Notes: a model not told the origin generated them from the letters alone. A stretch of DNA of 64,000 bases from Bacteroidia bacterium (GCA_965279035.1 OZ257142.1:96001-160000); one strand, 5' to 3'. Counted from the first letter of the stretch, positions 19,515-29,776 are shown. Program-made: numbers and translations.

Positions 19515-19690
19515 TGGAAGCGTAAAATTAACAATTGCCGCGACATGCTTCCTGTGACAGATATCACTGATTGTAGGGAAGGGAATATTTTAACTATTAA
19601 TTTTGAAAAGAAATCAGTTAACAAACGTTATATTCGTCAAACATTCATGTTCAACCATCGTTAAATACACTTATTTATTTAGACAGAGAT

Positions 19691-20002
19691 ATGCCACTAA
19701 AAAGAACAAGAAGTTCTGAAATGAAAGCGAAGAAAGTTCGTCGTATAAAACATTTACTTAGAGCTTCCTCCTCTTCTTTACCAGAAATTCCCGAACATTT
19801 TTCTGAAGCAGAAATTTCTGTTTTAACGATTAGTATGTCTAAACATTCCAAAACACTGGCATTTACTCACAATGTTCCTGTTGTTGTTGCTATTGAAAAT
19901 ACGATTTATAAAATTTATAAGTCCGGCTATCGAAAAAAAATTGGAGTCATTGATGCTTCTAACTCTAATATAAAGATTGCTGAAAAATTTCGACTTGATT
20001 AA
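19691..20002 (+). CDS. Small hypothetical protein, candidate antitoxin
   Basis: 103-aa basic ORF ending 1 nt before the start of a zeta-like ATPase; TATATTCG box at 19629. Confidence 0.6.
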   Translation: MPLKRTRSSEMKAKKVRRIKHLLRASSSSLPEIPEHFSEAEISVLTISMSKHSKTLAFTHNVPVVVAIENTIYKIYKSGYRKKIGVIDASNSNIKIAEKFRLD

Positions 20003-20003
20003 A

Positions 20004-20729
20004 ATGACTAAGCGTTTAAGAATTTTTGCCGGTCCAAATGGGTCAGGGAAATCGAGTCTTTACGCTGAGATAAAAAAGGAATATAATAGTGGATCATTTA
20101 TTAATGCTGATTTACTATTTCAATTATTACAAGAAAAAAATCAATTTGATTTTAGTCTATTGGGCATAACAGAAGCAGCTAAATTTTTACAAGAAAGTAA
20201 TTATTTCGAAAGCATTTTAACACAATCGATACTTTATTCGAAGATAAAAGAATTAAGAACTGAAAAGTCTATTCTTTATTTGGACGGATTGGATGCAGAT
20301 AATCAATTTGCATCAGCATTGTCACAATTTATTTTTTTAGAACTTCTTGATTTAGGTTTTTCGTTTTCATACGAAACAGTGATGTCTGATCCACGGAAGA
20401 TTGACTTGTTTAAACTTGCAAAATCAAAAGGGTACAAACTTTACTTATATTTTATTTGCACTGAATCGCCACAAATAAATATTGGAAGAATAGATCAACG
20501 AGTTGCAAGTAGTGGACATGATGTTCCAGATGAGCGTGTTATAAAACGTTACAATCGCGTTTTTGAACATTTAAAAGATGTTGTAAATATCATGGACAGA
20601 GCCTATTTCTTTGATAATAGTGGAATGAAACCAGATCTATTTTGCGAGGTAAATCAAGGTGATTATCAAATAATAAAAGATCAAATTCCGAATTGGTTTA
20701 TTCAAAGGGTTGTTCGAAAATCCAACTAA
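20004..20729 (+). CDS. Zeta toxin-like P-loop kinase/ATPase
   Basis: FAGPNGSGKSS, FINAD, FSYETVMS, RVASSGHDVP, RYNR, FDNS; start moved to ATG 20004. Confidence 0.85.
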   Translation: MTKRLRIFAGPNGSGKSSLYAEIKKEYNSGSFINADLLFQLLQEKNQFDFSLLGITEAAKFLQESNYFESILTQSILYSKIKELRTEKSILYLDGLDADNQFASALSQFIFLELLDLGFSFSYETVMSDPRKIDLFKLAKSKGYKLYLYFICTESPQINIGRIDQRVASSGHDVPDERVIKRYNRVFEHLKDVVNIMDRAYFFDNSGMKPDLFCEVNQGDYQIIKDQIPNWFIQRVVRKSN

Positions 20730-20730
20730 A

Positions 20731-21165
20731 TTATTTCGAATAAATCCCCGGAACAACGATCTGCATGAGTGAGCCTGAATTTTCAATACCAAGAAATCCA
20801 AATTGGGCGTATAAGCCATGTGCGTCGCGGGTTGCAAGCATGATTCTACGAAGGCCTTGCAGTTTAGAATGAGTCATGATTTCGTGCATGAGCAGTTTGC
20901 TCAAACCTTTGCCACGATGTTCTTCCAAAATATAAATATCCGCTAGGTAAGCAAACGTTGCATAATCAGAGATCATTCGGGCAAAACCAATTTGCGTTCC
21001 CTGAAAATACACTCCCCAACACAAGGAATTTTCAATGCTTCGTTTTACGATTTCCAGCGGAATATCTTTCGCCCAATAGGATTGAGATAAGAAAGAATGA
21101 ACTGCTTCAGCCTGTAACAATGCTGGCTCATCTGAAATAACATAGTGCTCATGTATGCGTCTCAT
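20731..21165 (-). CDS. GNAT family N-acetyltransferase
   Basis: SYWAKDIP, QIGFARMISD, HRGKGLSK, DAHGLYAQFGF. Confidence 0.92.
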   Translation of the reverse strand: MRRIHEHYVISDEPALLQAEAVHSFLSQSYWAKDIPLEIVKRSIENSLCWGVYFQGTQIGFARMISDYATFAYLADIYILEEHRGKGLSKLLMHEIMTHSKLQGLRRIMLATRDAHGLYAQFGFLGIENSGSLMQIVVPGIYSK

Positions 21166-22340
21166 TCCGAATCTGAGGTGCTGGTTTCTTCCTGTGGAAT
21201 GTCTTTACGACGGATGTATTTCAGATTCACTTGTTCGAAATATTCACGCTGTAGCACATTGTTTTCCATGTTGGTGAAATACTCTTGATAGGAAGTTAAT
21301 CTGCCATTTGTATCGTAATTAAAAAGCGTCCCATGTATATCGTTTACTGATTCCAAATGATTGATGGAAATCACTTTCCCATTTGAGTTATAAGCTATCG
21401 AATCGTGAAGGAAATTTGACCAGTCCTTTGACCAATACCAAGCTCCAATGAGTAAAGAATCTTGGTATTCGTATTCCAATAGAAAATTTACTTCTGGACC
21501 ATCAGGCTGATATTGAATTTCCTCGATGAGATCACTTTCTTCTTCATCGGGAAGATAAAAACCTTTCTTCACTTGAGAAATTAAAGAATCAATCAAAGGA
21601 AAAGAATCGTAATTCAGTGTATCCGAAAGGCCAATAATGCGATGGAGTTGAGATTTCGCAGTGTATTCGAATAAAAGAATGGAACGATTAAATGCAGACT
21701 GATACGAACGTTGAGTCATATCGCCAACTACAATTTTTGTCAACTGATTTTGATCGTTGTAGAAATATTCCCAGCAGGAAGAGGTATCTTTTTTTGAAAC
21801 GGTATCTACTCGATAAACACTGCCATAATAAATAGAATCTATCAATTCATTTTTTCCTTTGTGGGCAGAATAAAAATAGGTGTTATAGTATGCGCCACCG
21901 CGGCAATTATAAGATTGCGTAGTGTATTCTTGGCATTGCCACTTTTCTGTTGAGTCGTTGTTATAATAGTTGAATCCTCCCCACATAAATGGGAACATTC
22001 CCCATACAGCATTTTTAGTTGGAGTAAACACCAATCCTTCTAGAGGCCTTACTTCCGGTTCTTGACCATTTTCCCAAAAAACAATTTCTTCTTTATTGTA
22101 TTGTTTTACACGTCTTTTCTCACGCCATTTGGGAAACAGCCCTTTCTGCGGGACAGTACAAATGGTAAAAGTGACCATCATGGGTAAATCAAACGAAACC
22201 CATATAACTCCGTCGCCATCCCATTGTTTCACTTCCACCTGACCATTCTCTGATAATTCTGTACTAATAGCCAATGTTTGCGCAGTGAGGCATGCGAAAG
22301 GAAACGTAAAAACAAGAACAAGTAACAGTTTATTCATCAT
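21162..22340 (-). CDS. Hypothetical exported protein with YD-like repeats
   Basis: Signal peptide; repeated motifs YNDQNQL, YNSNGKV, YDTNGRL; 4-nt overlaps with both neighbours. Confidence 0.7.
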   Translation of the reverse strand: MMNKLLLVLVFTFPFACLTAQTLAISTELSENGQVEVKQWDGDGVIWVSFDLPMMVTFTICTVPQKGLFPKWREKRRVKQYNKEEIVFWENGQEPEVRPLEGLVFTPTKNAVWGMFPFMWGGFNYYNNDSTEKWQCQEYTTQSYNCRGGAYYNTYFYSAHKGKNELIDSIYYGSVYRVDTVSKKDTSSCWEYFYNDQNQLTKIVVGDMTQRSYQSAFNRSILLFEYTAKSQLHRIIGLSDTLNYDSFPLIDSLISQVKKGFYLPDEEESDLIEEIQYQPDGPEVNFLLEYEYQDSLLIGAWYWSKDWSNFLHDSIAYNSNGKVISINHLESVNDIHGTLFNYDTNGRLTSYQEYFTNMENNVLQREYFEQVNLKYIRRKDIPQEETSTSDSE

Positions 22341-22924
22341 TGAAAGATCGTTTCCGCTAATTCATCAAAAGGAAAAACTTTCCCATAGACCTTATCCTGA
22401 ATGGCTTCTGCGCTTATTTGCAGATATAAGGGGCGATCATCAATATAATCTACCTTTATTGTAATGTGCCCATAGAGTTGCTCGAGTTTATCTCCCGAAT
22501 AAAATGCTGGAACAGCCGGACGTAAAATATGACGGTCGATTTGTTCGATATGCCCAGCACGGGAAATTGTTTGTCGATCACTCAAATACAGGTTGTATCC
22601 AATACGCATGATACGATCACGAAAGAAATCCTGTAAATAGGGAAAGAGTGTTTTCCCCATGGAATCGGTAAAATGAAGCAACACATGACGCGAATTTCCC
22701 TCTACAAAAACATGCATGGGAACATCGCCGGTAATATTGAGTTTGTTGAGCGTATAGGATGTATAGAGGTTTTTTAGAATCTCTTCATGTCCACCTTGAC
22801 TCAACCAATTTTTATACTGTTGCTTATGCGAAAATGAACGCACCAACATTTCTTGACGAACTGGTTCCTGCGCTTTGGGTGCAGAAAAAACACGTTTTAC
22901 AAAGAGTGCGAGTTGCTCAAACAT
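22337..22924 (-). CDS. Hypothetical protein
   Basis: 195-aa ORF co-directional with gltA; stop/start overlap with the downstream gene. Confidence 0.7.
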   Translation of the reverse strand: MFEQLALFVKRVFSAPKAQEPVRQEMLVRSFSHKQQYKNWLSQGGHEEILKNLYTSYTLNKLNITGDVPMHVFVEGNSRHVLLHFTDSMGKTLFPYLQDFFRDRIMRIGYNLYLSDRQTISRAGHIEQIDRHILRPAVPAFYSGDKLEQLYGHITIKVDYIDDRPLYLQISAEAIQDKVYGKVFPFDELAETIFQ

Positions 22925-22963
22925 CGATAGAAAACGTTCGTCAGGAAAGTTTAGTGTGTTAAA

Positions 22964-24247
22964 TCAACGGTCGGCAATGTTAACATAATTGCGTTTTACA
23001 GCACCTGTGTATATCTGACGAGGACGAGAAATCGGTTCTTTATTTCCAAGCATTTCCTTCCACTGAGAAATCCATCCCGGCAAGCGACCAAGTGCAAACA
23101 TCACCGTAAACATATCGGTTGGAATTCCCATTGCTCGATAGATGATACCCGAATAGAAATCGACGTTTGGGTACAATTTACGCTCGATAAAATAAGGATC
23201 ACTTAAAGCTGCTTCTTCTAATTGTTTCGCAATATCGAGCATTGGATCGCTTACTCCCAATTTGTTGAGCATTTGATCGCAAGCGTCTTTGATGATACTT
23301 GCACGTGGATCGAAATTCTTGTAAACGCGGTGTCCAAAACCCATCAAACGGAAAGGATCATCCTTGTCTTTGGCTTTATTGATGAATTTTTTCACATCGC
23401 CACCATCGTTACGAATCTGTTCCAACATTTCAATAACTGCCTGGTTTGCTCCACCGTGAAGAGGTCCCCACAAAGCACAAATTCCAGCTGAAATGGATGC
23501 ATACAAATTCGCCTGAGAAGAACCAACCATTCGAACGGTTGAAGTAGAGCAGTTTTGCTCATGATCGGCATGCAGAATAAGTAACTTATCGAGTGCATTC
23601 ACAATCACTGGATCGGGCTCATATTCTTCGGTGGGCATTGCAAACATCATGTGTAGGAAATTCTCTACATAATTGAATGAATTACGCGGATACATCACAG
23701 GATGACCAACAGAATTTTTATATGCCCAGGCCGCAATCGTACTGAATTTGGCTAATAAACGGATAACTGTAAGTTCTATGTCATCTGCATTTCTTCCTGA
23801 TTTTGGTTCGGGATAAAATGTCGATAAAGAGCAAGTAATAGAAGCTACAACACCCATTGGATGGGCTTTTGCCGGATATGCCTCATAAAAACGTTTCATG
23901 TCTTCATGAATAAGCGTATGACGCGTAATGGCATTTGTAAAACGCTCTAATTCTTCTTTTTTAGGCAGTTCTCCATGAATAAGCAAATAAGCAACTTCGA
24001 TAAACGAAGAACGCTCGGCTAATTGTTCGATTGGATAACCGCAGTATCTTAAAATTCCTGCTTCACCATCTAAAAATGTGATGCCGCTGGTTGTTGCACC
24101 TGTATTTTTATAGCCAGAATCCAGCGTGATAAATCCGGAATCAGACCGAAGGTTTTGAATGTCGATGGCTTTCTCGTCTTCTGTTCCAGTAATAACAGGA
24201 AGTTCGAAGGTTTTTCCATCCAAAGTGATTGAAGCAGTTTGACTCAT
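22964..24247 (-). CDS. gltA: Citrate synthase
   Basis: ILHADHEQNCST, GPLHGGAN, RLMGFGHRVYK, YPNVDFYSG, RPRQIY. Confidence 0.97.
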   Translation of the reverse strand: MSQTASITLDGKTFELPVITGTEDEKAIDIQNLRSDSGFITLDSGYKNTGATTSGITFLDGEAGILRYCGYPIEQLAERSSFIEVAYLLIHGELPKKEELERFTNAITRHTLIHEDMKRFYEAYPAKAHPMGVVASITCSLSTFYPEPKSGRNADDIELTVIRLLAKFSTIAAWAYKNSVGHPVMYPRNSFNYVENFLHMMFAMPTEEYEPDPVIVNALDKLLILHADHEQNCSTSTVRMVGSSQANLYASISAGICALWGPLHGGANQAVIEMLEQIRNDGGDVKKFINKAKDKDDPFRLMGFGHRVYKNFDPRASIIKDACDQMLNKLGVSDPMLDIAKQLEEAALSDPYFIERKLYPNVDFYSGIIYRAMGIPTDMFTVMFALGRLPGWISQWKEMLGNKEPISRPRQIYTGAVKRNYVNIADR

Positions 24248-24338
24248 GGGAATCAGTGTGTTAAATGTGCGCGCAAGTTATGAAAGAGGAAGACAGAACC
24301 TTGGAATTTTAATGAATATTTCGACAAATTAATGCCGC

Positions 24339-25145
24339 TTAAATTCGCTTCGCTTCTGCCTGAACAAAGGTGTAAAAGAAGCAAGCATCTGGATGTAAAT
24401 GGAAAGTAAAAATTGCCTCTTTCGCAGCAAGTCTTTCGGAGGCATTTATTAAACCTTCTGCTTCCATTAAATCACCCACGCTTTCCATCAAATTCCACCA
24501 ATAGTCCATCATCGAGCGCAAGGCTTCGGGTTGTGTTCTATCGCGAAGCATCAAATGGGCTCGTACTTGAATTTTTTCAAATCCAGCATCAAACAACCAA
24601 TTGCGGAGTTTCGCCCCAACATAAGGATCGCCGTTTAGCAATTCCTGACGTTGACAATAGCGCGTCCAATAGGTTTCTATGGCTGAATTGCGTGGATAGA
24701 TATACAGACTATTATTTTGAACTTCTGTAATGTGAATGCTAGCTCCTGGTTTTAATTGCTTTGCAGCATGGTTTATTAAAGTGGCAGGATCGGGCACATG
24801 CTCTAAAACCCAACAAATAAAAGCTGCATCAAAAAGTTGATCTGCTTGCCAATCCTCAAATTCAGAACAAACACATTGAATCTTTTTCCCCAATTCAAGA
24901 TTAGATTTTACCCAGGATTTTATTCTTTCTATTTGATCTGGATTTCGATCGAGACAACAAATTCTTAAATCTGGTGACGTTTCAATTAATACTCTTGTTT
25001 GCGCACCAACACCACAACCAATTTCTAAGAGATTTCCAAATTTAGGGAGTTGAAGATCTTGGTAAATATCAGGAGCCAAAAAGGCTGATTGATCAAGAAG
25101 TCGTTGGAATTCTTTTTCGGTATACCCGTGAAAATAATCGCTCAT
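24339..25145 (-). CDS. Class I SAM-dependent methyltransferase
   Basis: YFHGY...RLLDQ, LEIGCGVGAQ, WVLEHV, LKPG; start moved to ATG 25145. Confidence 0.88.
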   Translation of the reverse strand: MSDYFHGYTEKEFQRLLDQSAFLAPDIYQDLQLPKFGNLLEIGCGVGAQTRVLIETSPDLRICCLDRNPDQIERIKSWVKSNLELGKKIQCVCSEFEDWQADQLFDAAFICWVLEHVPDPATLINHAAKQLKPGASIHITEVQNNSLYIYPRNSAIETYWTRYCQRQELLNGDPYVGAKLRNWLFDAGFEKIQVRAHLMLRDRTQPEALRSMMDYWWNLMESVGDLMEAEGLINASERLAAKEAIFTFHLHPDACFFYTFVQAEAKRI

Positions 25146-25257
25146 ACAAGAATGAATCTTCAAACATAAGGAATGAATCATTTTGCTTTCAAATAAATTA
25201 TTCAAGGACCGAACATCCTGATTCGCGCTCATGTACTTTTGTCGGCGAATATTTCCT

Positions 25258-26325
25258 ATGGCAAGCCCACAATTCTTCACTTCGATGTTTCGGCCAATGG
25301 CCAAGCTTAGCTTTGTATTTACATTTTTAGTTATTCTCGCAGGTTCGGTTGTGAGAACAACGCAATCGGGAATGGGCTGCCCCGACTGGCCTAAATGCTT
25401 TGGTTATTATATTCCTCCAACTGATCCAAGTCAAGTCGATTTTCATCCTCATCATGCATACACCAAAGGCATGATGGTGATAGTAAATGATACATTATGG
25501 CGTGCAACAAGTCCATTTAAAAGTGGAGAGGTTTTTAGCCGAGAACACTGGGAGAAATATCCGAAACACAATTATGCCAAGTTCTTTGTGCAACATACCT
25601 GGATCGAATACATCAACCGACTTTTAGGTGCATTAATGGGCGTTTTTGTTTTGGGCACCTTTGTTTCCTCCTTTTTCCAGAAGAAACACCGTTCTGCTTT
25701 TATTGGTTTGAGTTTTTCGTTGCTTTTTCTAACAGGATTTCAAGCTTGGTTGGGAGCCTTGGTCGTTGATTCACATTTAGCCCCAGTCAAGATTACAATC
25801 CATATGCTGGCGGCTTTGCTGTTGCTGGCACTCAGTCAATGGATTCTTTATTTAAGCAATCATAAAGAAAGGAAGAACCATGAAGAACAGATTTTAAAAC
25901 CACTCGCCATTTCTGCGTTGATTTTCACTCTCATTCAAGTACTTTTAGGAACGCAGGTGCGCGAGTCAATCGACATTATAGCAAATGAATTGGGACATGA
26001 ACAACGTGAATTATGGGTCGACATGCTTCCTTCGTCCTTTCTTATTCACCGTGCTTTTTCATTGATGGTTTTGGCTCTCAATACCTTTTTGTATTTGAAA
26101 GGAAAGAAATCGGGGGATCCTCAAATTGTGCTTTTCACCACATTGAGTGGGTTTATCGTACTTGCTGAAATAACGGTTGGAATATCACTTTCTCTTTCTG
26201 GAATGCCTGCTTTTTTGCAACCTATTCATTTACTTTTATCTACCCTTTTATTTTCAGCCCAATTTGCTGTGTGGTTGAACCTAAGAAAGAAGAAAACTGT
26301 ATACAAAAAAGCTATTTCCAACTAA
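25258..26325 (+). CDS. ctaA: Heme A synthase (COX15/CtaA family)
   Basis: GSVVRTTQSGMGCPDWPKC, WIEYINR, QAWLG, heme-ligand His residues; start may be 25258 or slightly later. Confidence 0.88.
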   Translation: MASPQFFTSMFRPMAKLSFVFTFLVILAGSVVRTTQSGMGCPDWPKCFGYYIPPTDPSQVDFHPHHAYTKGMMVIVNDTLWRATSPFKSGEVFSREHWEKYPKHNYAKFFVQHTWIEYINRLLGALMGVFVLGTFVSSFFQKKHRSAFIGLSFSLLFLTGFQAWLGALVVDSHLAPVKITIHMLAALLLLALSQWILYLSNHKERKNHEEQILKPLAISALIFTLIQVLLGTQVRESIDIIANELGHEQRELWVDMLPSSFLIHRAFSLMVLALNTFLYLKGKKSGDPQIVLFTTLSGFIVLAEITVGISLSLSGMPAFLQPIHLLLSTLLFSAQFAVWLNLRKKKTVYKKAISN

Positions 26326-26908
26326 GTGTTTGAATGAGGTGTTCAATATCTTCTCGAACAAATTTCGTGACAGGAGCAAGCGAATCGGCATTGGGTTCAG
26401 CATAGAAATACAATGAACCACGTAGAAAATGACTGCTGCTATCGGTCAAATGAAATTGTATTGACGAAGCCGCATTTCCACCAATTTCATAGATAATTCC
26501 ATACACTTTTTTTTCAGGATAGCGAATAAGGTATTCTTCTATCTGGCTTGCTTTTGCAGCATGTTTATAGGCTAGATTTCGTGAATCTTCTAAGTACCTG
26601 TTTGCATCATTTTTTACATCCTTGTAACTAATATGCACAGTTGCGTGCAGTTTAGGAATCACTAAATTTGCCCAGCAACGTTCTCCTTTACGGGTTGTAT
26701 CTACCTGCATTTGGGCATATTTGGGATATTCGAATGTGTATGGGCAATTGCTTAAAAATGGCTGATATTCTTTTGAGGGAAGATCAATTCGGTAATATCC
26801 ACGTGGGCGAGGCATCGTGACTTCCTCTTCTCCACAAGAAGAAAAAAGGAAAGCTGAAATAAGAAATAAACTAGGAAAACAGATTCTTAAAACACGCATA
26901 CGAAACAC
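26312..26908 (-). CDS. gldD: Gliding motility lipoprotein GldD
   Basis: Lipobox FSSC, PRPRGYYRIDLP, CPYTFEYP, GNAASSIQFHLTDSSSHFLRGSLYF, PNADSLAP. Confidence 0.92.
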   Translation of the reverse strand: MFRMRVLRICFPSLFLISAFLFSSCGEEEVTMPRPRGYYRIDLPSKEYQPFLSNCPYTFEYPKYAQMQVDTTRKGERCWANLVIPKLHATVHISYKDVKNDANRYLEDSRNLAYKHAAKASQIEEYLIRYPEKKVYGIIYEIGGNAASSIQFHLTDSSSHFLRGSLYFYAEPNADSLAPVTKFVREDIEHLIQTLSWK

Positions 26909-26940
26909 TCAATAATTGGTCGAATATACTGTTTCAACCG

Positions 26941-27327
26941 TTAATGAGCTTGATCATCGGAATAATGTTCTCCCGCTTCGTGATGTCCATGATCATCTCT
27001 TCTGCCCGAAAGAACTGTTAATGTATCAGCAACAACTTCTACCGAATACCGTTTGATTTTATCCTTGTCTTCCCAAGTTCGAGAGCGTAATTTACCTTCT
27101 ATATAAAGTGTTGCACCTTTTCTGACAATCTTCTCAGTAACTTCAGCAAGTCCACGCCATAGAACGATATTATGCCATTCGGTTTGTTCGACTCTGTTGC
27201 CATCTTTTTTATAAATCTCAGTTGTTGCAAGCGGGAAATTTGCAACACGCACCCCATTTTCTAACACTTTAACTTCGGGATCTTTACCAACATTCCCAAT
27301 AAGGATTACTTTATTAACGCCAGCCAT
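26941..27327 (-). CDS. ssb: Single-stranded DNA-binding protein
   Basis: GVNKVILIGNVGKDPE, TEWHNIVLW, YIEGKLRSRTW. Confidence 0.95.
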   Translation of the reverse strand: MAGVNKVILIGNVGKDPEVKVLENGVRVANFPLATTEIYKKDGNRVEQTEWHNIVLWRGLAEVTEKIVRKGATLYIEGKLRSRTWEDKDKIKRYSVEVVADTLTVLSGRRDDHGHHEAGEHYSDDQAH

Positions 27328-27353
27328 AACGATACAATTAAATGAACTTTAAT

Positions 27354-27361
27354 CAAATATA
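27354..27361 (-). promoter_or_regulatory. -7 promoter box for ssb
   Basis: TATATTTG on the minus strand. Confidence 0.55.
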
Positions 27362-27413
27362 GTGATTTGATATACCGAATGATAAACGAAAAACAAGGAA
27401 AATTATTCAGCAA

Positions 27414-28478
27414 TTATTTCTTGTCGAGATAGCGAGTAATCAATCGCGGCATTGCAATCAAATGCAAATCCTCCATAGGAAGAATCTTCCTTTGTGGATA
27501 ATCAGATTCGTTCAGTGATTCTACTTGTATATGAATGAAACGTGTGTGTAAATGTTGATGACTCAGGATATGGCGGATTTCGGACGAGATATAAATAATA
27601 CTACCTTGATTCAAACTCAAGTCAGAATGCTTTAAAGTCAATTGATCGATAGAAAGTAAATCCAGCGAAGTAGCTGTTTCAATGAGAGGAAACTGATATA
27701 AGCTTTCCCAAATATCTCCTTCACTTCGTTTTTCGATGAGTGTTTTTCCATGGGAGTCTTTCATAATGAGAAAAGTAAAATACCGATTTCGAATTTTGGT
27801 TTTTTGAGATTTTACAGGAAGTTGAGCGATTAATTTTTCACTGTATGCAATGCATTCTTCACGAAAAATACAGCGATCGCACAATGGATTTGAGGGTTTG
27901 CAAATGGTTGCTCCCAATTCCATCATAGCCTGATTGAAATTTCCAGGATGCTTTTTATCGATGAGTTGTTGTGCGATGAGTTTAAATTCTTTTTGTCCTT
28001 TGATAGAATCGATGGGCGTTTGAATACCAAAAAGGCGCGAAAAAAATCGGTAAACGTTTCCATCTACTACAGCTTGAACCTCACCAAAAGCAATGGAAGA
28101 AATAGCTGCAGCGGTATAAGGACCTATTCCCGGTAGGGAAATTATTTCTTCATATGTTGAAGGAAAAACACCTTTGAAATGATCTCTAATTTTTTTGGCA
28201 GCTGCATGTAGATTCCGAGCTCGGGAATAATAGCCGAGTCCTTGCCAACAATGCATCACTTCGTCTTCAGGTGCATTGGCTAAATCCAATACTGTTGGAA
28301 AATTTTCCAGGAAGGCATAATAATAACGAATTCCTTGATCAACTCGGGTTTGTTGAAGAATCACTTCTGACAGCCAAATAGCATAGGGATCTTTCGTCTC
28401 TCGCCAAGGAAGAGTGCGAAATGATTGTCCATACCAAGCTAAAATTCGTTCTGAAAACTTCCGAATGCTCCTCTCCAT
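27414..28478 (-). CDS. mutY: A/G-specific adenine glycosylase
   Basis: LPWR, WLSEVILQQTRV, WQGLGYYSRARNL, LPGIGPYTA, VDGNV, Fe-S CxxxxxxCxxCxxxxxC; start moved to ATG 28478. Confidence 0.95.
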   Translation of the reverse strand: MERSIRKFSERILAWYGQSFRTLPWRETKDPYAIWLSEVILQQTRVDQGIRYYYAFLENFPTVLDLANAPEDEVMHCWQGLGYYSRARNLHAAAKKIRDHFKGVFPSTYEEIISLPGIGPYTAAAISSIAFGEVQAVVDGNVYRFFSRLFGIQTPIDSIKGQKEFKLIAQQLIDKKHPGNFNQAMMELGATICKPSNPLCDRCIFREECIAYSEKLIAQLPVKSQKTKIRNRYFTFLIMKDSHGKTLIEKRSEGDIWESLYQFPLIETATSLDLLSIDQLTLKHSDLSLNQGSIIYISSEIRHILSHQHLHTRFIHIQVESLNESDYPQRKILPMEDLHLIAMPRLITRYLDKK

Positions 28479-28540
28479 TGCAGCAATGATAGGCCTTTCC
28501 AACTTTTCTAAAAAATCTTTTCGTTTGAATTTAAAACTAG

Positions 28541-28548
28541 TATCTTTG
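28541..28548 (+). promoter_or_regulatory. -7 promoter box for the HU-TPR-bS22-RNase E/G operon
   Basis: TATCTTTG. Confidence 0.6.
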
Positions 28549-28625
28549 CCACCCGTTTTAAAAGGACGTAACATCCACAGTAACAAAAAACTAATCAAAC
28601 ATAAATCTTTAAAATTCAACCAGCC

Positions 28626-28913
28626 ATGACCAAAGCTGAAATTGTTGCAGAAATTGCGGATAAGACAGGAATCGAGAAAGTAACTGTACAGGCTACTGTA
28701 GAAGCCTTTATGAAGTCGGTGAAAACCAATCTTTCTTCTGGTAAAAATGTTTATCTCCGTGGTTTTGGCAGCTTTATAGTGAAAAAACGTGCGACTAAAA
28801 AAGGTCGTAACATTTCAAAAAACACCACAATCGTTATCCCTGAGCATTTTATTCCGTCTTTCAAGCCGGCTAAAACATTCAGTGATAAAGTAAAAAAATC
28901 AGTAAAAGCCTGA
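28626..28913 (+). CDS. HU/IHF family DNA-binding protein
   Basis: MTKAEIV, VYLRGFGSF, GRNI, PSFKPAKTF. Confidence 0.95.
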   Translation: MTKAEIVAEIADKTGIEKVTVQATVEAFMKSVKTNLSSGKNVYLRGFGSFIVKKRATKKGRNISKNTTIVIPEHFIPSFKPAKTFSDKVKKSVKA

Positions 28914-28926
28914 TTTCATCGTCCCG

Positions 28927-29754
28927 ATGACAAGCAAGCAAATCCTCGTTATTTCGGCAAGTCTTCTTGTTGGTGGAGTAGTTTTCATGCTACCACGAGA
29001 AGGATTTCGGAAAGAAGAAGAGCAAACATCGGGATCAGTACCGGTTGCTGATCAACAATTTGAAAAGCAATTAGAAGCCGTTAAAAAAAGCAGTGATGCT
29101 ACGGCACTCGCAAGTATCGAGTTCTTTGAAGGACGACTAGAACAAACAACAGGCAATGGTAAAACTGTCTGGCTCGATTCACTTAGTTCGGTTTGGGATC
29201 GCCAAATGCGACCGGGAATTGCAGCAGAGTATGTTTACCAGAAAGCAAAACTGACAAACACAGGAAACGATTGGCTCAATGCAGGCAAGCGTTTCCTGGG
29301 TTTATCTAGATTTTTTGAAGGCGAAGACAAAGCAGCTGTTTCGCAGCGTGCTCTTGAATGTCTCGAAAAAGCGAATGAACTCATTCCACAAAGCAATGAG
29401 GTGAAAACCCAATTGGGCATCGCTTATGTGAGTGGTAGTCAGGAGCCTATGAAAGGAATTCTCCTATTGCGTGAAGCAGTGAAAGCAGATTCAACCAATC
29501 TGGAAGCACAGCTTAACCTTGGATTCTTTTCTATGCAAAGTGGGCAATATGATAAAGCAGTTTCCCGCTTCCAAAAAGTGCTGTCGATCCAACCAGAATT
29601 AAATGAGGTACGTATTTACCTCAGTGATGCATTCGAGGCTCAAGGCGATTCTAAAGCCGCTTTGAAGGTACTTCAAGACTTAAAAAAATCAAGCAAAGAT
29701 TCATTGCTGCTTACCGAAGCAGATCGACGAATCGAACGAATTCAACAACATTAA
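28927..29754 (+). CDS. Tetratricopeptide repeat protein
   Basis: N-terminal TM helix; PMKGI, AQLNLG...SGQYDKAVSRF TPR motifs. Confidence 0.85.
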   Translation: MTSKQILVISASLLVGGVVFMLPREGFRKEEEQTSGSVPVADQQFEKQLEAVKKSSDATALASIEFFEGRLEQTTGNGKTVWLDSLSSVWDRQMRPGIAAEYVYQKAKLTNTGNDWLNAGKRFLGLSRFFEGEDKAAVSQRALECLEKANELIPQSNEVKTQLGIAYVSGSQEPMKGILLLREAVKADSTNLEAQLNLGFFSMQSGQYDKAVSRFQKVLSIQPELNEVRIYLSDAFEAQGDSKAALKVLQDLKKSSKDSLLLTEADRRIERIQQH

Positions 29755-29776
29755 TCACCTTTTAAAAAACATTCCT

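Noticed and set aside
24339-28619. Long N-terminal extensions and overlaps of the methyltransferase and mutY in the ORF track
   Set aside because: Artefacts of longest-ORF calling; downstream ATGs match the family starts and promoter positions
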